Positions 62,414 through 64,000 of a DNA stretch of 64,000 nt are shown here, piece by piece. A model generated the notes under the pieces. The model did not search any database and was not told the DNA's origin. It was given only the letters and a program-made list of their open reading frames with translations. The position numbers were made by a program, and so were the translations under genes. The stretch is from Candidatus Zixiibacteriota bacterium (GTDB lineage: Bacteria; Zixibacteria; MSB-5A5; UBA10806; 4484-95), in contig JBBIRK010000003.1 of NCBI GenBank assembly GCA_037441845.1, positions 64,001-128,000 of the forward strand. Reading direction: 5' to 3'. The number at the start of each line of letters is the position of its first letter. The stretch's first letter is position 1.

Positions 62414-62905
62414 TTGCAATCGAATGATAACTTGCAAAAAAGCTTGATTTCGAGAGCGAAATCGGCGATTGAATTGACAGCCGCCGCCCGCAAAGCCGAA
62501 TCAGAGGGACTTCATCAGGCGGCGAAACTATTCCGCGCGCTGGCCAACTCGGACCAAGTACAGGCGATCGAACTTTTAAGGCTGCTCGGAGACTCGGACG
62601 ATGCCGCCGATTGCCTTTCTCGGCTTATAGACAATCGCACCTATGAAATAAGCCAGATGTTTCCCACATTTATCGAACGGGCCGAAGTCGATGGGGACCA
62701 CCAAGCCGCGAGATTATTCAAGAATTATCTCGCTTCGGACCGGCTGCAAGCGACAATGCTCAATGAGGCTATCGATAACCTGAACCGGCTCCGGGAGACT
62801 GATTACTGGGTTTGCCAGAGCTGCGGTCACCTTGAATCTGGGGACATGCCTCTTTCGTGTAAAATCTGCGGCGGCTCACGCGAAAAATTCCTGAGGATAA
62901 CTTGA
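62414..62905 (+). CDS. rubrerythrin-like protein with degenerate di-iron site
   Basis: GGAGG RBS, TTG start; A.KA..EG....A.LFRA.A, YE...MFP.F...A, C-terminal CQSCG...CKICG. Confidence 0.82.
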   Translation: MQSNDNLQKSLISRAKSAIELTAAARKAESEGLHQAAKLFRALANSDQVQAIELLRLLGDSDDAADCLSRLIDNRTYEISQMFPTFIERAEVDGDHQAARLFKNYLASDRLQATMLNEAIDNLNRLRETDYWVCQSCGHLESGDMPLSCKICGGSREKFLRIT

Positions 62906-62983
62906 ATCGGTCGAATGTCTCAGGACTTTCGTGAAAGAGGCTTCCTGCGGCTGTTGTTTGGCCGAATCGTGCGAAACGCTCAT

Positions 62984-63012
62984 TTGACAAGTCCGCCTCG
63001 ATATCGTATTCT
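62984..63012 (+). promoter_or_regulatory. sigma70-type promoter for pepA
   Basis: TTGACA-17 nt-TATTCT. Confidence 0.55.
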
Positions 63013-63070
63013 GAATCGCAAAAGTATTCCGGCAACCCGAACGGCATTATCGGAAGGACGGTAAGTTAAA

Positions 63071-64000
63071 ATGCTCCAAGTCGAATATGCTTTCCGCAAG
63101 GCAGGCGCCAAAGATATGAGAATCGTAGTCACCGGCGAAAAAGACGGCAGATTTCCGGCGGTATTGAAACGGTTGGGGATCGATCCGGGGTTGGTCTCCG
63201 CTCGCGGTTTCAGCGGCAAAAAAGACGAGACGGCTGAATTCTGGGCCGTATCCAAAACCGGCGGCGATTTGATTATACTCGGACTGGGCGACGATAAAAA
63301 TACCGACAACGCCCGTCGGGCGGGAGGGCTGCTCAGCGCGATCGCGGCAAAGAAAAAATTGAACTCGCTGGCGGTAGTGTCGTTTCCCGAGATGAAGAAA
63401 AATCTGCCGGCTTTCATCGAGGGCATCGTTCTCGGCGGATATACTTTCGACCGCTACAAGTCCTCGGCGAACGGTCAATCCGTAATCAAAGTGAATTTCG
63501 ACGAATCCGCCGCTGCATTCAAGAACGATATCGATCGCTCTATCACGATCTGCAAGGCCGTCCGTATCGCCAGGGATCTGATCAATATGCCCGGGAACGA
63601 TTTGCCGCCCCGCGAATTGGCGGCGCGCGCGAAAAAACTTGCTTCCTCCTGCAAAATTCCCCTGAAAATATACGGACCTGCCGAATTGACCAGACTCAAG
63701 ATGGGAGCTCTTCTGGGCGTCGCCCGAGGCTCCGATCAGCCGCCGCAATTGATCGAGTGGCATTATAATGGAGCAGGCAAGAGGGAAAAGCCCATCGTGT
63801 TGATCGGCAAAGGAGTCACTTTCGATTCCGGGGGCATCTCGATCAAGCCCGCCGAGGGGATGCAGGAGATGAAAAACGATATGGCGGGAGCGGCGGTGGT
63901 CATCTCGCTTATGCATATTCTTTCCGAATTGAAGCCCCGACTCAATGTAATCGGGATCGCCCCCTGTGTCGAAAATATGCCATCGGGAAAAGCTCTTAGG
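63071..64000 (+). CDS. pepA: leucyl aminopeptidase (M17), 3' end truncated by window edge; absent from the ORF track
   Basis: frame open from ATG 63071 to the end; ARDL.N.PGN, LIGKGVTFDSGGISIKP, MK.DMAGAA, ENMPSG. Confidence 0.95.
   Translation, partial: MLQVEYAFRKAGAKDMRIVVTGEKDGRFPAVLKRLGIDPGLVSARGFSGKKDETAEFWAVSKTGGDLIILGLGDDKNTDNARRAGGLLSAIAAKKKLNSLAVVSFPEMKKNLPAFIEGIVLGGYTFDRYKSSANGQSVIKVNFDESAAAFKNDIDRSITICKAVRIARDLINMPGNDLPPRELAARAKKLASSCKIPLKIYGPAELTRLKMGALLGVARGSDQPPQLIEWHYNGAGKREKPIVLIGKGVTFDSGGISIKPAEGMQEMKNDMAGAAVVISLMHILSELKPRLNVIGIAPCVENMPSGKALR

Noticed and set aside
1..64000. Genome-wide UGA reassignment (code 4/25) as the explanation for the in-frame UGAs
   Set aside because: Many conserved genes (purB, psd, purS, sufC, sufS) end at UGA at their expected length, often in start/stop overlaps
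1..64000. CRISPR arrays, IS elements, prophage, tRNA/rRNA
   Set aside because: No regularly spaced direct repeats, transposase/integrase motifs or structural RNA signatures seen by eye; tRNAscan-SE and Rfam were not run

Overview
A gene-dense bacterial chromosomal window read in genetic code 11, with no rRNA, tRNA, CRISPR or mobile element detected. Dockerin-like C-terminal modules, a T9SS-like C-terminal domain and the purB-psd-pssA-purS-purQ order suggest an FCB-group-related organism, probably Zixibacteria-like (inference). Contents in order: a lipoprotein plus three YkuD-type L,D-transpeptidase-family genes; a GT-C-like membrane protein; a receiver/HisKA protein; an S8 protease; an ECF sigma/anti-sigma pair; a C25-like peptidase; ffh-rpsP-khpA-rimM-trmD-rplS-rnhB; tandem Fur genes; MFS; ecfT-truA-tal-purB-psd-pssA-purS-purQ-tatA; iscU, nadA and a DASS transporter; an Rrf2-sufCBD-Rieske-sufSUT operon; a saccharopine-dehydrogenase-like gene, acnA and a ferritin-like gene; a zinc metalloprotease; cytochrome c-ctaA-ctaB; a mevalonate operon with an HMG-CoA reductase/mevalonate kinase fusion; asnB; a second ECF module; a large gingipain-like protease; a rubrerythrin-like gene; and a partial pepA. 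Highlights: (1) Two in-frame UGA codons, each followed 11-12 nt later by a SECIS-like hairpin, that the ORF track treats as stops. One is in a secreted W-U-x-x-C thioredoxin-TPR protein. The other is in an IscU-like protein ending C-G-C-G-U-K-K, convergent on the suf operon, and may be an undescribed selenoprotein family. (2) A possible Braun's-lipoprotein-analogous outer-membrane/peptidoglycan tethering locus. (3) A conserved dockerin-like module shared by two secreted C25 peptidases. (4) Several paralogs that appear catalytically degenerate. All calls are by-eye motif recognition; no database searches were run.
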